A stretch of 64,000 nucleotides of DNA from Nitrospirota bacterium (lineage in GTDB: Bacteria > Nitrospirota > Nitrospiria > Nitrospirales > Nitrospiraceae), in assembly GCA_963703955.1 (NCBI GenBank), contig CAVPGK010000021.1:1-64000 (forward strand). The letters run 5' to 3'. Positions 10,731 through 20,332 of the stretch are shown here, piece after piece. The notes under the pieces are model-generated. The model searched no databases. It was not told where the DNA came from and saw only the letters and a list, made by a program, of their open reading frames with translations. The translations under genes were made by a program, and so were the position numbers. Each line of letters begins with the position of its first letter. Position 1 is the first letter of the stretch.

Positions 10731-10757
10731 GGAGCGAGCGTCTCACCCTCCCTCTTA

Positions 10758-10853
10758 GAGAGGGCGGATGGGGTGGCTCCCACTGAGCGCATCGAGCGAG
10801 CACTTCCGATGTGCGCGCTCTGCGAGCACAGGAGCCACCCCATCCGCCCTCTC
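10758..10853. repeat. Repeat family B: conserved core closed by a 23-bp perfect inverted repeat
   Basis: Arms 10758-10780 and 10831-10853 are exact reverse complements; core cactgagcgcatcgagcgagcac-N7-gtgcgcgctctgcgagcac. Confidence 0.9.
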
Positions 10854-10856
10854 CCT

Positions 10857-11576
10857 CTATTCCCACGTTCTCGGCTTCTGATGCGCGCCGTCATACTCAC
10901 CCATGATAATTTTCCAAATCCATTCGTCCGGCAGTTCCACCTCCCAGCGCGGCATGGCCGACTTCCAGGGCATGCCCTCATTAGGAAGCCCAACCCCGCC
11001 CTTCTTGATTCGCCAGAACAGATAACTTTCCTGGAGCATCGCGATGGTGGTGGAGTCCGAAAAGTTCGCCGGGGGCGGATTGAAGCCTTTGGCGGCCGGC
11101 CCCTTGCCGTCGAAATTTCCTCCATGACACGGAGAGCAAAACGCGGCATAGAGCCCTTTTCCCGTCATGACGTTGTCCGGGGTATTGAGCACCGGATTCG
11201 AGAGACCCACAAATTCACCCGGAGGAGCCGGATGGATCGTCCGGTTTTCAGCAGGCGGCGCATCGCTCGGCGCCGTGCTGTTATAGGTCTGCCATCCGAT
11301 CAGGAGCGGAAACAGCACCAGCACCAGCATGCGGGCCGTCTTCATGGTTCCATCTTGGCCCTCCCCGCTCAAGAACCGAAAGATGGGCCCTAAAAACGCC
11401 TCCGTGGAATCGCCGCTCAGTGTCTCGAAAATCACGATACCGGTCGCCACGAGCGCGATGTAAAGAAAGATCAAACTAGCCGGCAACGGCGCCGTAAATA
11501 AGGGCAGTACGAATTTCAGAAAGAGGTAGGTCCCGACAATGATGATGACGGGCTTGACCAGCGCGTGTCCCTTCAT
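10857..11576 (-). CDS. Membrane-anchored monoheme cytochrome c
   Basis: Three N-terminal TM segments; CSPCH; distal Met in SAMP. Confidence 0.88.
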   Translation of the reverse strand: MKGHALVKPVIIIVGTYLFLKFVLPLFTAPLPASLIFLYIALVATGIVIFETLSGDSTEAFLGPIFRFLSGEGQDGTMKTARMLVLVLFPLLIGWQTYNSTAPSDAPPAENRTIHPAPPGEFVGLSNPVLNTPDNVMTGKGLYAAFCSPCHGGNFDGKGPAAKGFNPPPANFSDSTTIAMLQESYLFWRIKKGGVGLPNEGMPWKSAMPRWEVELPDEWIWKIIMGEYDGAHQKPRTWE

Positions 11577-11596
11577 AACGTCCACCTTCCTCACTT

Positions 11597-11739
11597 CAGG
11601 CTGCTGAAAAAGTCATCCAGCAGGCATTCTGGAGTAGCATTACGGAAACGGCCGCCTCACCACTCGGCGGCGTGCGCAAACGTGATGCTCGTTATTCCTC
11701 GCATCGCGCACCTTGCTGAAGGCCTTTTTGAACAGTCTG
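11597..11739. mobile_element. 143-bp MITE-like element with IS-type terminal inverted repeats
   Basis: Left end caggctgctgaaaaag; right end reverse complement cagactgttcaaaaag; no ORF. Confidence 0.65.
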
Positions 11740-11749
11740 ACCATGCCCT

Positions 11750-12352
11750 TTAGTTCGCCTGAGCCACGGTCACGGCTGAGGCGGTTTTCGTTGGCAGCGG
11801 CTGCGTAATCTCCGATGGGCTGACCGTGATCGGCTCTCCGCTCATCTGCTGCAGAAACGCGATCACGGACAGGATTTCATTATTGGAGAGTCCGATCGGG
11901 TTCTTATTGATGTGCGGCATCCGCGCGGGGTATTCCTTCGGCAGCCCCTCGTGCCGGTAGTCGAGATAGACGTACGCTTGCGGCTGCGTGAGACTCTCAT
12001 ACATGAATTCTCGGCTCAGCTTGGCTCCGATCCCCTTGAGGTCAGGGCACCGCGCCGACTCGCTCGGGCCGATCGAGTGACAGAGCGCGCACTGGCCCTT
12101 GCTGAAGAAGATCGTTTGGCCGATGGCGGCCATATCGGAGGCCGTCTTGATGGTGGCAACATCAAACTTCTCTTCAGCGGGCGGTAACGAAGCCATCTGC
12201 GGAACGCCCAGCGCAGTCATAGAAAACAGACCGAGAACGATGATGACGAATCCCACGACTCTAACGAATCGGGCCTGAATAAAAAGAAGGATGACGATCC
12301 CGAGGCCGATGACACAGAGACCAAGCACTTGCAACAACGCGACTTCACTCAT
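11750..12352 (-). CDS. Membrane-anchored monoheme cytochrome c
   Basis: Two TM helices; GQCALCH; RCPDLKGIG. Confidence 0.88.
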   Translation of the reverse strand: MSEVALLQVLGLCVIGLGIVILLFIQARFVRVVGFVIIVLGLFSMTALGVPQMASLPPAEEKFDVATIKTASDMAAIGQTIFFSKGQCALCHSIGPSESARCPDLKGIGAKLSREFMYESLTQPQAYVYLDYRHEGLPKEYPARMPHINKNPIGLSNNEILSVIAFLQQMSGEPITVSPSEITQPLPTKTASAVTVAQAN

Positions 12353-12402
12353 TTCCTTTTCCTCTCACACTCTCCCTCCACTGAGGCGCTGCTACTATTT
12401 AC

Positions 12403-12502
12403 GCGGGAGCGACCGCGTTGAGGTCCTACTGCGCGCATCGAGTGAGCACCGTCCTCGTGTGCGCACTCTGCGAGCACGGGACCTCAACGCGGTCGCTCCC
12501 GC
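12403..12502. repeat. Repeat family B copy with 24-bp perfect arms of different sequence
   Basis: gcgggagcgaccgcgttgaggtcc ... ggacctcaacgcggtcgctcccgc around tactgcgcgcatcgagtgagcac-N9-gtgcgcactctgcgagcac. Confidence 0.9.
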
Positions 12503-12524
12503 TTCCCACGACTAAAACAGCGCC

Positions 12525-14384
12525 TTATTTCCCTTCGTCCAGCGCCGGCGACCCTCCCGCCATGGCCGGCACTGCGCTTGCCGGAACCTTCTTCTCCCTG
12601 CCTGCCGGTCCCGGCGCTTTTCCCTTGTCCCCCATGGTGGCCACCCAGAAAATGAAGGCGACCAGCAGGCAGAACAAGAACGTGTTGAGCGACATGAGCG
12701 CCGCGGCATAGCCGAGGGCCGGAGAATAGGCATACTCGGAGGAGTCTCGCATCACCCCGTAGATATGCCAGTGGACGCGTGACGAGGAGCGCGCGTAGCC
12801 CATCAATGTCATGAGGAGGATGACCATCACCGCGTTCAACACCAGCGCGTACCCGGCCCGAGGCGGCATGCGGCCCCAGACCATCTCCGTCGTCGTTCTT
12901 GCGCTCCGCAACAGCACGGCTGTCAGAGGGGTGATCGTCACCATCACAAACAGTACGATCAACACCTGAGCAACTGAAAAGTAGTTAATCCGGACAATCG
13001 CCGGCACGAAATATCCCCAGACTCCCAACACGATCACCACGATCGCAGCCACGCCGAGGACTCCGGCATTGACCGCCTTGGCGATCTTTGCCCATGTCGC
13101 TGTCTCCTCCTTGCCGGCTCGCCAATACATGATAAAGCTCATGAACGTGACAAGAATCATGAGATTGGCCACGGTCATCTTAGCCGACATAACGCCGAAG
13201 ACCCCCAAGAGAGGATGGTGCGTCCCGCCCATCTTCCTGGCTTCTTCGAGCGAAGCAACCAGCGAGTGCGGGGTCATCCAGACACCCAGACAGAGCAGCA
13301 GGATCACGAGCATCGCCATGATCGGCTTCTTATACTTCACCTCCGCTCCCGGGATGCGGTAGGTGATCCCCAGCCAGAAATAATAGTTCGCCCCCAGGAA
13401 GAGCACACCGATCAGCATCGCTTGCAGGATGAACAGCCAGGATAAGAACCCGCCCATCAAGGTGATTCCCATCTGCTGGTTGTACTGATACACTTCGCGC
13501 ATCAGCCAATAACCGGCAAACGGCAACGGCAGCATTCCGAACACGCCGATGAAGTTTCCCACATACCCCATCCAATCGTAATGGTCCCGCTCCTCGGCGG
13601 TTGTGGCGGACAGATAGCGGATGCCGGCATAGGCGCCGCAGATGAAGCCGCCCAGCACCACATTGGCGATCAGACGATGGATATTCACCGGCCACCAGGT
13701 TGGGTTCCAGGTCGCCGCCCACGCGCGCGCGAAATCAGAGCCCTCGGCGATGACGACCGGGCTCGCCTGGAAGGTGGCCCAGGAGTTGGGCACGATCATG
13801 ATAAAGAACGCAAAGACGTTCAACAGGAACCCCAGAAACAGGTGAAAGACCTTGCCCCCCCCCTCTTGCATGGCGTCCCATCCGTACCAATACAAATACA
13901 GCGTGGCCGTTTCCAAGAGGAACAGAATGCAGTACACGACGAAAGAGGGAAAGAAGATGTCGGTCAAATAGTTCATCAGCTTGGGATAAAAGCCGATGAG
14001 CAGGAACAGCAGAATGCCTCCGAACAAGGCGGTCGTCGCATAGGAAGAGGTCAGCAGCTTGGTAAATTCTTTGGCCAGCTTGTCGTAGCGCTTCTCGCCG
14101 CCTTTCCACCCGACAATTTCGCACACCCACGCGAAGATCGGCACGCCCAAGACAAACCCAGCCAGCAGAAGGTGCAATTGTGCGACGATCCAGATGATGT
14201 TGCGGCTACCGAGCCCGGGAATATCACGATACGCGACCGCCGTCGTCGTCGTGGGAGCATCCTGTGAGAGAGCCAAGGCGGGAACGCCTATCAATCCAAT
14301 GAGTACGGCAAGCCCGGCGAGGCGCACTGCGTTGGTGCGCAGCGCATCGGCGAGCTTCTGTCGATGTCCGCCGTAAGTGTTCAT
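12525..14384 (-). CDS. Cytochrome bd-like oxidase subunit I homolog with extra His-His motif
   Basis: AQLHLLLAGFVLG and NIHRLIAN (CydA heme-ligand His positions); MTPH...GGTHHP; many TM helices. Confidence 0.85.
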   Translation of the reverse strand: MNTYGGHRQKLADALRTNAVRLAGLAVLIGLIGVPALALSQDAPTTTTAVAYRDIPGLGSRNIIWIVAQLHLLLAGFVLGVPIFAWVCEIVGWKGGEKRYDKLAKEFTKLLTSSYATTALFGGILLFLLIGFYPKLMNYLTDIFFPSFVVYCILFLLETATLYLYWYGWDAMQEGGGKVFHLFLGFLLNVFAFFIMIVPNSWATFQASPVVIAEGSDFARAWAATWNPTWWPVNIHRLIANVVLGGFICGAYAGIRYLSATTAEERDHYDWMGYVGNFIGVFGMLPLPFAGYWLMREVYQYNQQMGITLMGGFLSWLFILQAMLIGVLFLGANYYFWLGITYRIPGAEVKYKKPIMAMLVILLLCLGVWMTPHSLVASLEEARKMGGTHHPLLGVFGVMSAKMTVANLMILVTFMSFIMYWRAGKEETATWAKIAKAVNAGVLGVAAIVVIVLGVWGYFVPAIVRINYFSVAQVLIVLFVMVTITPLTAVLLRSARTTTEMVWGRMPPRAGYALVLNAVMVILLMTLMGYARSSSRVHWHIYGVMRDSSEYAYSPALGYAAALMSLNTFLFCLLVAFIFWVATMGDKGKAPGPAGREKKVPASAVPAMAGGSPALDEGK

Positions 14385-14405
14385 AACGATCTCCTGTCCA
14401 GTGGG

Positions 14406-15380
14406 CTAGTGCTTATGCCCGTCGTCCGCCTGCTCACGCGAATCGGCTTTGCCTGCCCCAACGTCCTTCTTCGGCCCCTTCGCGGGTTCGGCCTTTGTCG
14501 CGCTGACCGGCTGGACCTTTGACGCGGGGGCGTTGACCGATCCCTTGCCTTTGTCCTTTTCTTTAGGATCCTTGCTTTCGGCCTGGGCCTTCGCTTCGAG
14601 CGCCTCAACAGCCGTCTCAGCCTGGGCAATCAATTTTTCTGTTCTCTGCAAGGTCTCGGTCGGCCTGATCGGCTGAACCTTTGCCGTTTTTACCTTCTCC
14701 TTATAATCCTCGTGAGGGTGGGGCGTCATTACCGGCATCACGGCCCAGAACAGCAACACCAGCACCACGCCCACCGCAGTAAAGGCGGCCAATAGAAGCG
14801 GCTGATCCACCGGCACTCGCATCAGATCCCACTGTCGCACCAAGGCCGGGTACGGCGCATCGGCGGGAGGCGCGGCCGATACCTGTTTCCGCACAATCCA
14901 TCCGACGAGATACAGCCAACCGAAGACCAGAATCAGCAAGATCGCAGTGGCCACACTGCTCCAGAGCACCAGCTCAATGCTGATGCGCTCCGCCACCGGG
15001 ATGCTCTGTAGCAGCGCCATGATGGAGGCCGTCACCGACTTGGCCACGGCCACTACCTGGCTTTCGATCATATAGGCGATGGGTAGGTAGACGGCGCTCA
15101 TGAGCGCGATTTGCCACCACAGCGTGAGCCCGATGGACTCCGGCGGTTTGATATGAAGACGTTCGAGAAAGACGGTCTTTGCCGTCACGTTGAGCGCCCA
15201 GATGTCGATGGGAATGGATAAGACGAGGAGGACAGCCAGCCCAGGCATCTCCCAAGGATGAACCCCCATGGCAAGCAGCAACAGTACGAGAACGCATTTG
15301 ATCGGAATACCGGTCCAGAAAGCCGGCCACGCGATGCTCAGGCCCAGTTTGACCGGCGGCATACTCGACATCTGTCCCAT
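14406..15380 (-). CDS. Hypothetical membrane protein of the respiratory operon
   Basis: Several TM helices; Lys/Ala-rich tail; operon position. Confidence 0.8.
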   Translation of the reverse strand: MGQMSSMPPVKLGLSIAWPAFWTGIPIKCVLVLLLLAMGVHPWEMPGLAVLLVLSIPIDIWALNVTAKTVFLERLHIKPPESIGLTLWWQIALMSAVYLPIAYMIESQVVAVAKSVTASIMALLQSIPVAERISIELVLWSSVATAILLILVFGWLYLVGWIVRKQVSAAPPADAPYPALVRQWDLMRVPVDQPLLLAAFTAVGVVLVLLFWAVMPVMTPHPHEDYKEKVKTAKVQPIRPTETLQRTEKLIAQAETAVEALEAKAQAESKDPKEKDKGKGSVNAPASKVQPVSATKAEPAKGPKKDVGAGKADSREQADDGHKH

Positions 15381-15388
15381 ACTCGTTT

Positions 15389-15559
15389 CACCGCCCAGCC
15401 CCAGCGTCATTTCACCCGGCCCGCCCTGAACCTGCCAAGACAGGCTCTTTCCCAGGACGCGCTCTTCCTATTTCACCCGCCCACCCCAGGCGTGCCGAGA
15501 CGCGCTCCTTCGTTCTATTGCACCCGCCCACCCCAAGCGCGCCGGGACGCGCTCCTTCC
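15389..15559. repeat. Cluster of family A repeats: one nested pair plus two tandem copies
   Basis: Outer copy 15389-15468 interrupted by inner copy 15413-15453 (cctg-ccaaga-cagg); further copies at 15474-15511 and 15521-15559. Confidence 0.85.
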
Positions 15560-15565
15560 GGCGGG

Positions 15566-16678
15566 CTATTCCAGGAACTCTCGGTTAATGATCGCGGATA
15601 CGGTAAAGACCAAAATTCCGATCATGACAAGCAGCCATCCGACGAGCGCGACCGGCCGCTTGAAGATGTTGCGCTCCGGACTTCGGTCGATGAAGGGTAA
15701 GGCCGCCAGCAGGGCCATGAATGCGCCAGGCAGCGCAATAGCCCCCAGGAACTGCCCGAATTCTCCAGCGAAAATTTTCAACCGCAACAGTTGGAAGAGA
15801 AATAGGAAGTACCACTCGGGCTCCGGATGGTACTCACCGGGATCCGGGGTGGCTTCTTCAAGCAGCACGACAGGCTCGATGAACGCGAGGCTGCAAATCG
15901 CGAAAAAGACGGCGGCCATCGCAACGACGTCCTTCCAGATCTGCCGCGGGAAGAAATAATCGGTTTTCGCCTTGAGTTCTTCTGAGCTTCCCCGGAAGGG
16001 ACCGGCCGGCCCGGCCTTTCTGAAGAAGAACAAATGGAGCCCGGCCAACGCCATGAGGGTCGCCGGAAGGATCATGACATGGATGACGAAGAACCGGCTG
16101 AGCGTCATTTGGCCGGGCGTCGGCCCGCCTTTCAAGAACCGGGCGATGAAGTCGCCGATGACCGGCGTCTTGTCCATGATCTCGACACCCACCGTCGTCG
16201 CCCAATAGGCGCGCTGGTCCCACGGCAGGAGATAGCCTGTGAACCCGAAGCCCATGACGATGCCGAACAGCGCGAGCCCCACCAGCCAGATCATCTCGCG
16301 TGGCTTTTTGTACGCGCCCCACAGAAACACCTGCGACATGTGGGCAAAGACCATCACGACCATAGCCGTGGAACCCCAGAAGTGATAGCTGAGCAAAAAC
16401 CACCCATAGTCCACTTCATGGATGATGTACTGGGTGCTGGCGTAGGCGTGATCGGCGCTGGGGACGTAATAGAACATGAGCATGATGCCGGTCACCGCCT
16501 GCATAATAAAGATGAAGAGCAGGACGGACCCGAACACGTAGGCCCAGCGGGAGCCGCCGGGAACGGGTTCATTGAGCATCTTGGCCTGAAGAGTCTTCAG
16601 ACCGACGCGCTCATCGATGAACGCGACAACTTTTTCGATCGCACTGGGTTGAGTGGCGACTGACCGCTCGGCATCCAT
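15566..16678 (-). CDS. qcrB: Cytochrome b subunit of a bc-type complex
   Basis: YHFWGS...AHM, GFTGYLLPWDQRAYWA, FFVIHV...GLH and PEWY motifs. Confidence 0.93.
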   Translation of the reverse strand: MDAERSVATQPSAIEKVVAFIDERVGLKTLQAKMLNEPVPGGSRWAYVFGSVLLFIFIMQAVTGIMLMFYYVPSADHAYASTQYIIHEVDYGWFLLSYHFWGSTAMVVMVFAHMSQVFLWGAYKKPREMIWLVGLALFGIVMGFGFTGYLLPWDQRAYWATTVGVEIMDKTPVIGDFIARFLKGGPTPGQMTLSRFFVIHVMILPATLMALAGLHLFFFRKAGPAGPFRGSSEELKAKTDYFFPRQIWKDVVAMAAVFFAICSLAFIEPVVLLEEATPDPGEYHPEPEWYFLFLFQLLRLKIFAGEFGQFLGAIALPGAFMALLAALPFIDRSPERNIFKRPVALVGWLLVMIGILVFTVSAIINREFLE

Positions 16679-16771
16679 AGCAATCCGAACCTCTCAGGGG
16701 CTCGCACTCGTCTCACGAGGCTACGTGTACGGGGACGCCTCGCGTGGTGGATTTATCCGTTTCCGTATCCG

Positions 16772-17710
16772 CTAGACGATCCGTACCTGCGCTTTCGTAC
16801 CCGCCTTGAACTCCATGTCGACAATCTCGATGGCGCCGTTGGCGGCCACTCGGATCGGCAAGACATCCAGCGGACGCGGGGCCGGCCCGTCCAAGACCTT
16901 CCCGCCCGCGTCGTAGATACTCAAATGGCATGGGCACAGGAACACCTGGCCGAGCTTCTTGTGTGAGCGCCACTTGTATCCGCAGCCGAGGTGCGGGCAT
17001 TTTCCGGAATAGGCGATGTACGGAAAATTATGCTTATTGGTCCAGACGCTTCGCCCGGTGGGATCGTGAAACTCCATGTCCTTGCCCTTGTACACCTGCT
17101 CCAGAACGGCGGGAGACGCTTTGATAATCCAGACATTCTTGTCGATCTCGGCTTCCGGCATGAAAGCTTCCTTCACCTTCTTCTTGTACTTGAACTGGAC
17201 GCCGATATCCTCGGTCTTGATCTTGTTCGCGTTGCCGATACTCAGCCAGCTATTGTCGAACGGCGCGTACATCGGCTTCATGAGGTACTTGAGCACAGGA
17301 TAGACGAGGGGAAGCGCTATCAGCGCGCCGATCACCTGCGTGAAGTTGGCGAAAAACGTTCGACGCTTGACGTTTTTCTCCAGGTCCGGCAACGGGACCA
17401 GCACTTCCCCGGGCTCGACATGCAGGTGATCCTCGAGGTGCGCGATCTCGACTTCGTGAATCGTCACGTAGTCATCGCGTCGTAAGACGGGGAATTGCGC
17501 CATTTCGCTCGAGGAGGCGCGGAGTTGGACCGCGTCTTCCGTGACCCCTTGAACCTGCGCCATCGGAACCTGCCGCTCTAACGCCCCGGCCCCGTCTCCT
17601 CCGACAACAATATGGCTGATCTCATGGGAGAGAGGATCGACGATGACTCGCGTCACCTCCCCGCACTCTCGATCAACGCAGCGGACTTTGGATTTGAGCT
17701 TGGGCTGCAT
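16772..17710 (-). CDS. qcrA: Rieske Fe-S subunit with N-terminal PRC-barrel-like domain
   Basis: CPHLGC and CPCHLSIY; internal Tat-like KRRTFF plus TM helix. Confidence 0.92.
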   Translation of the reverse strand: MQPKLKSKVRCVDRECGEVTRVIVDPLSHEISHIVVGGDGAGALERQVPMAQVQGVTEDAVQLRASSSEMAQFPVLRRDDYVTIHEVEIAHLEDHLHVEPGEVLVPLPDLEKNVKRRTFFANFTQVIGALIALPLVYPVLKYLMKPMYAPFDNSWLSIGNANKIKTEDIGVQFKYKKKVKEAFMPEAEIDKNVWIIKASPAVLEQVYKGKDMEFHDPTGRSVWTNKHNFPYIAYSGKCPHLGCGYKWRSHKKLGQVFLCPCHLSIYDAGGKVLDGPAPRPLDVLPIRVAANGAIEIVDMEFKAGTKAQVRIV

Positions 17711-17711
17711 G

Positions 17712-18536
17712 CTACTTCTTTTTGATCGGCTTCGGCGTATTCACAGCCGGATTCTTCAACGTGGCCAGAAAGACAACCAGCGCATCGATTTCTTTCTCCT
17801 CCATCAGCTCCTTGTACTTATCCGGCATCTTCTTCTTTTCGTATTCTTTTTCAAACCCCTCCGCCATCCAGCTCTGGGGATCGATGACCTTCTGACGGAG
17901 TTCGTCCGGCTGCATGAGACTGCCGATGTTGTCAAGCTCAGGTCCGCGCTTCTTTCCGCCTTCCCCGAAGAGTTTGTGACAGTTGTAGCATTCTTGCAGG
18001 TTGTATTGCTCCTTCCCCAGCGCGACGAGATCCCCGGCGGCCGCCGCCGGCGCACCGCCCGCCGGCTTCTCACTATCGGTCCCCGGAACAGCCGAGACGG
18101 CGCCACCGACGGACTTGAGACGCTGCATGATCACATCGGCTTTCTCGGACAGCGCTTTGGTTCTGGCCAGCAGCTCCTCGGCTTTTCCCTGTTCCGTGGC
18201 CGCACGTTTGGCTTTGAGCAGTTTTTCTATCTTGCCTTTTTCGTCTTCAGGGTCGTATTGGGGCAGGAATGAGGCTCCGCCGATGTACAGGCTGGACATG
18301 ACCACATAAAAGACAAGCAATCCGACTACCGCCTTTGCTCCGCTGATGGGGCGAACCGAGGGCGCGTCGAGCAAGATGAACACCGCCGCGCCCAGCATAG
18401 CGTAAATGAAAAACATGGTCTGAAAGACCGGGGGAAAGGAGAGTGCCTTGGCGACGGCCACCAAGATGCCGCCGACGACGAGACCGATGATGCCCTTCTT
18501 CAGAACATTTTTGATCATGCTCGGCTGTTGGCCCAT
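17712..18536 (-). CDS. Membrane-anchored cytochrome c
   Basis: Three TM helices; CYNCH; GPELDNIG. Confidence 0.88.
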   Translation of the reverse strand: MGQQPSMIKNVLKKGIIGLVVGGILVAVAKALSFPPVFQTMFFIYAMLGAAVFILLDAPSVRPISGAKAVVGLLVFYVVMSSLYIGGASFLPQYDPEDEKGKIEKLLKAKRAATEQGKAEELLARTKALSEKADVIMQRLKSVGGAVSAVPGTDSEKPAGGAPAAAAGDLVALGKEQYNLQECYNCHKLFGEGGKKRGPELDNIGSLMQPDELRQKVIDPQSWMAEGFEKEYEKKKMPDKYKELMEEKEIDALVVFLATLKNPAVNTPKPIKKK

Positions 18537-18584
18537 AAAAGCCTCATACGCCTCGACTTAAGACTCGACGTGGCTGCCCTGGGT

Positions 18585-20303
18585 CTACTTTGCGCCGGCC
18601 GGGAGCGGTTTTCCTTCCGGCACGTGGGCTTTGGCTTCGGACACCCGCAACGTCAGAATAATTGCAAAACTGACCACCACATAAAACGCCACCGTAATTC
18701 CCGTAATCCACCACGATGCGTAGGACAGCGTGGGGGTGAAGGACTCGCCCGTAAAATCAGGCACTAGATTATAGGTATGGAAATACTTTCGCAGCAGCGA
18801 CCGGATGGACCCCATCAGACCCATGGTCCAGATCATGCTGAAAGCCAAGAAGATCAGGACAAACTGGGAGGCAAAATCGATCTTGCCCCAGACAATAGTG
18901 CCTTGACGGATGGCGCGGTTGTACAGAATGTAATTCACCACGGTGACGAACACCAGCGTGAACGCGGCCGAATTCTTGGCCGGCATCAGCGCCAGGAATC
19001 CCCAGTCGGACGGTAGCTCCAGTTGCTCGGTGGCCAGCGCCTGAGTGGCGACGAACCCATGGGGCGTCATCCAGATGGCGTTGCCGATCACCACCATGAG
19101 AAAACCTACCTTAATAAAGGTTCTCGACGAAACAGTGATGCGTCCCAGCGGCGGAATGATCTTGCCGAGAATAAACGGCGCCAAGACCAAGGGCAGCAGG
19201 ATGGCGAGCGACATCGGGTCGGGCACCGGGAAAATCGTCCAGGTAGCGGTCATCACGAAGGGCAGCACGATCATGACGATCATGGTGAGCGCCGACATGC
19301 GCACTCGCTCCACCCCTTCAATCCGCTTTATGCTGAGCCAGATGTAGTAGTTGCTCGCGAGGAAGATCAGGCCCACCATCGCGCCCTGCATCTCAAAAAA
19401 CATCGACAGTTGATCGGCCATCATGTAAGGGCAGATCGACGCGTCGTAGTCGCACAGCTCATAGGCGTACAAGTAACCCATGAACGGCAGGAACAAGAGC
19501 GCCCCCACACCGATGAGGTTACCCACGAACCCCATCCAATCATAGTAGGCGCGCTCCTCGTCTCCTTTTGCGCTCATATACATGTAGGCCGCGATCAACC
19601 CGGCGATAAATCCGCCGAACGTGACGTTGCCGACCAGCCGGTGCAGGTTCATCGGGAGCCAACTATAGTTAAAAATCTTCTCCCAAAGGGAAGCGGTCTG
19701 GATGTATTCCACCAAGGACAGACCTTCCGCCGCCTTCGCCGGCGTATTCATGAACGAGGTCGGTCCATCAATGATGAACAGCGTGATCGTCCCGATCAGA
19801 TTGAGGAGGACACCGAGCGCAATGTGGCGTCCCTTCTTTTCACCCTTCCACACATCCCAGGTGTAGAAATACATGTACAGAACGATGGTCTCGCCGATAA
19901 ACAGCAGCGGGTAAATGACGGCGAAGATCAGAAAGAAGTGATTGATCAGCCAGGTCGTGAACTGAGGGTAGGTGGCGAGCAGCACGAAGATAAACAAGCC
20001 GCCGGTCAATGCAGTCATGCTGTACAGGATGACCGTGACCTTGGTGACCTCCTTGGCCAATCGATCGTACCGGACATCCTGCTTCCTGTACCCCAGCCAT
20101 TCAGAGATGACGACGAAGATCGGAGCCCCCAGGATAAATGCGGCAAAGAGGATGTGGAGTTGGGCAACGATCCAGACCGCTGTTCGGTTCCCCGTGTAGG
20201 GAAACTCGGCGAGGGGAGCGTTCGGAACCTGCGCATAGGCCGCTGTTCCGAACGCCAGCAATCCAAGCAGCACAAGCAGACTGCGACGCCATGCATTCAT
20301 CAT
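18585..20303 (-). CDS. Second cytochrome bd-like oxidase subunit I homolog
   Basis: AQLHILFAAFILG and NLHRLVGN; clear paralog of the 12525 gene; no HH motif. Confidence 0.85.
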   Translation of the reverse strand: MMNAWRRSLLVLLGLLAFGTAAYAQVPNAPLAEFPYTGNRTAVWIVAQLHILFAAFILGAPIFVVISEWLGYRKQDVRYDRLAKEVTKVTVILYSMTALTGGLFIFVLLATYPQFTTWLINHFFLIFAVIYPLLFIGETIVLYMYFYTWDVWKGEKKGRHIALGVLLNLIGTITLFIIDGPTSFMNTPAKAAEGLSLVEYIQTASLWEKIFNYSWLPMNLHRLVGNVTFGGFIAGLIAAYMYMSAKGDEERAYYDWMGFVGNLIGVGALLFLPFMGYLYAYELCDYDASICPYMMADQLSMFFEMQGAMVGLIFLASNYYIWLSIKRIEGVERVRMSALTMIVMIVLPFVMTATWTIFPVPDPMSLAILLPLVLAPFILGKIIPPLGRITVSSRTFIKVGFLMVVIGNAIWMTPHGFVATQALATEQLELPSDWGFLALMPAKNSAAFTLVFVTVVNYILYNRAIRQGTIVWGKIDFASQFVLIFLAFSMIWTMGLMGSIRSLLRKYFHTYNLVPDFTGESFTPTLSYASWWITGITVAFYVVVSFAIILTLRVSEAKAHVPEGKPLPAGAK

Positions 20304-20332
20304 ATCCAGCCGCTCCCAGGAGAATCCGATGG

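Noticed and set aside
10758..12502. Family B as true integron attC sites
   Set aside because: No RYYYAAC/GTTRRRY ends, no integron integrase, and the flanking genes are core operon genes
15389..15559. Mini CRISPR array
   Set aside because: Spacers are only about 5-10 bp, repeats are degenerate and dispersed elsewhere, and there are no cas genes
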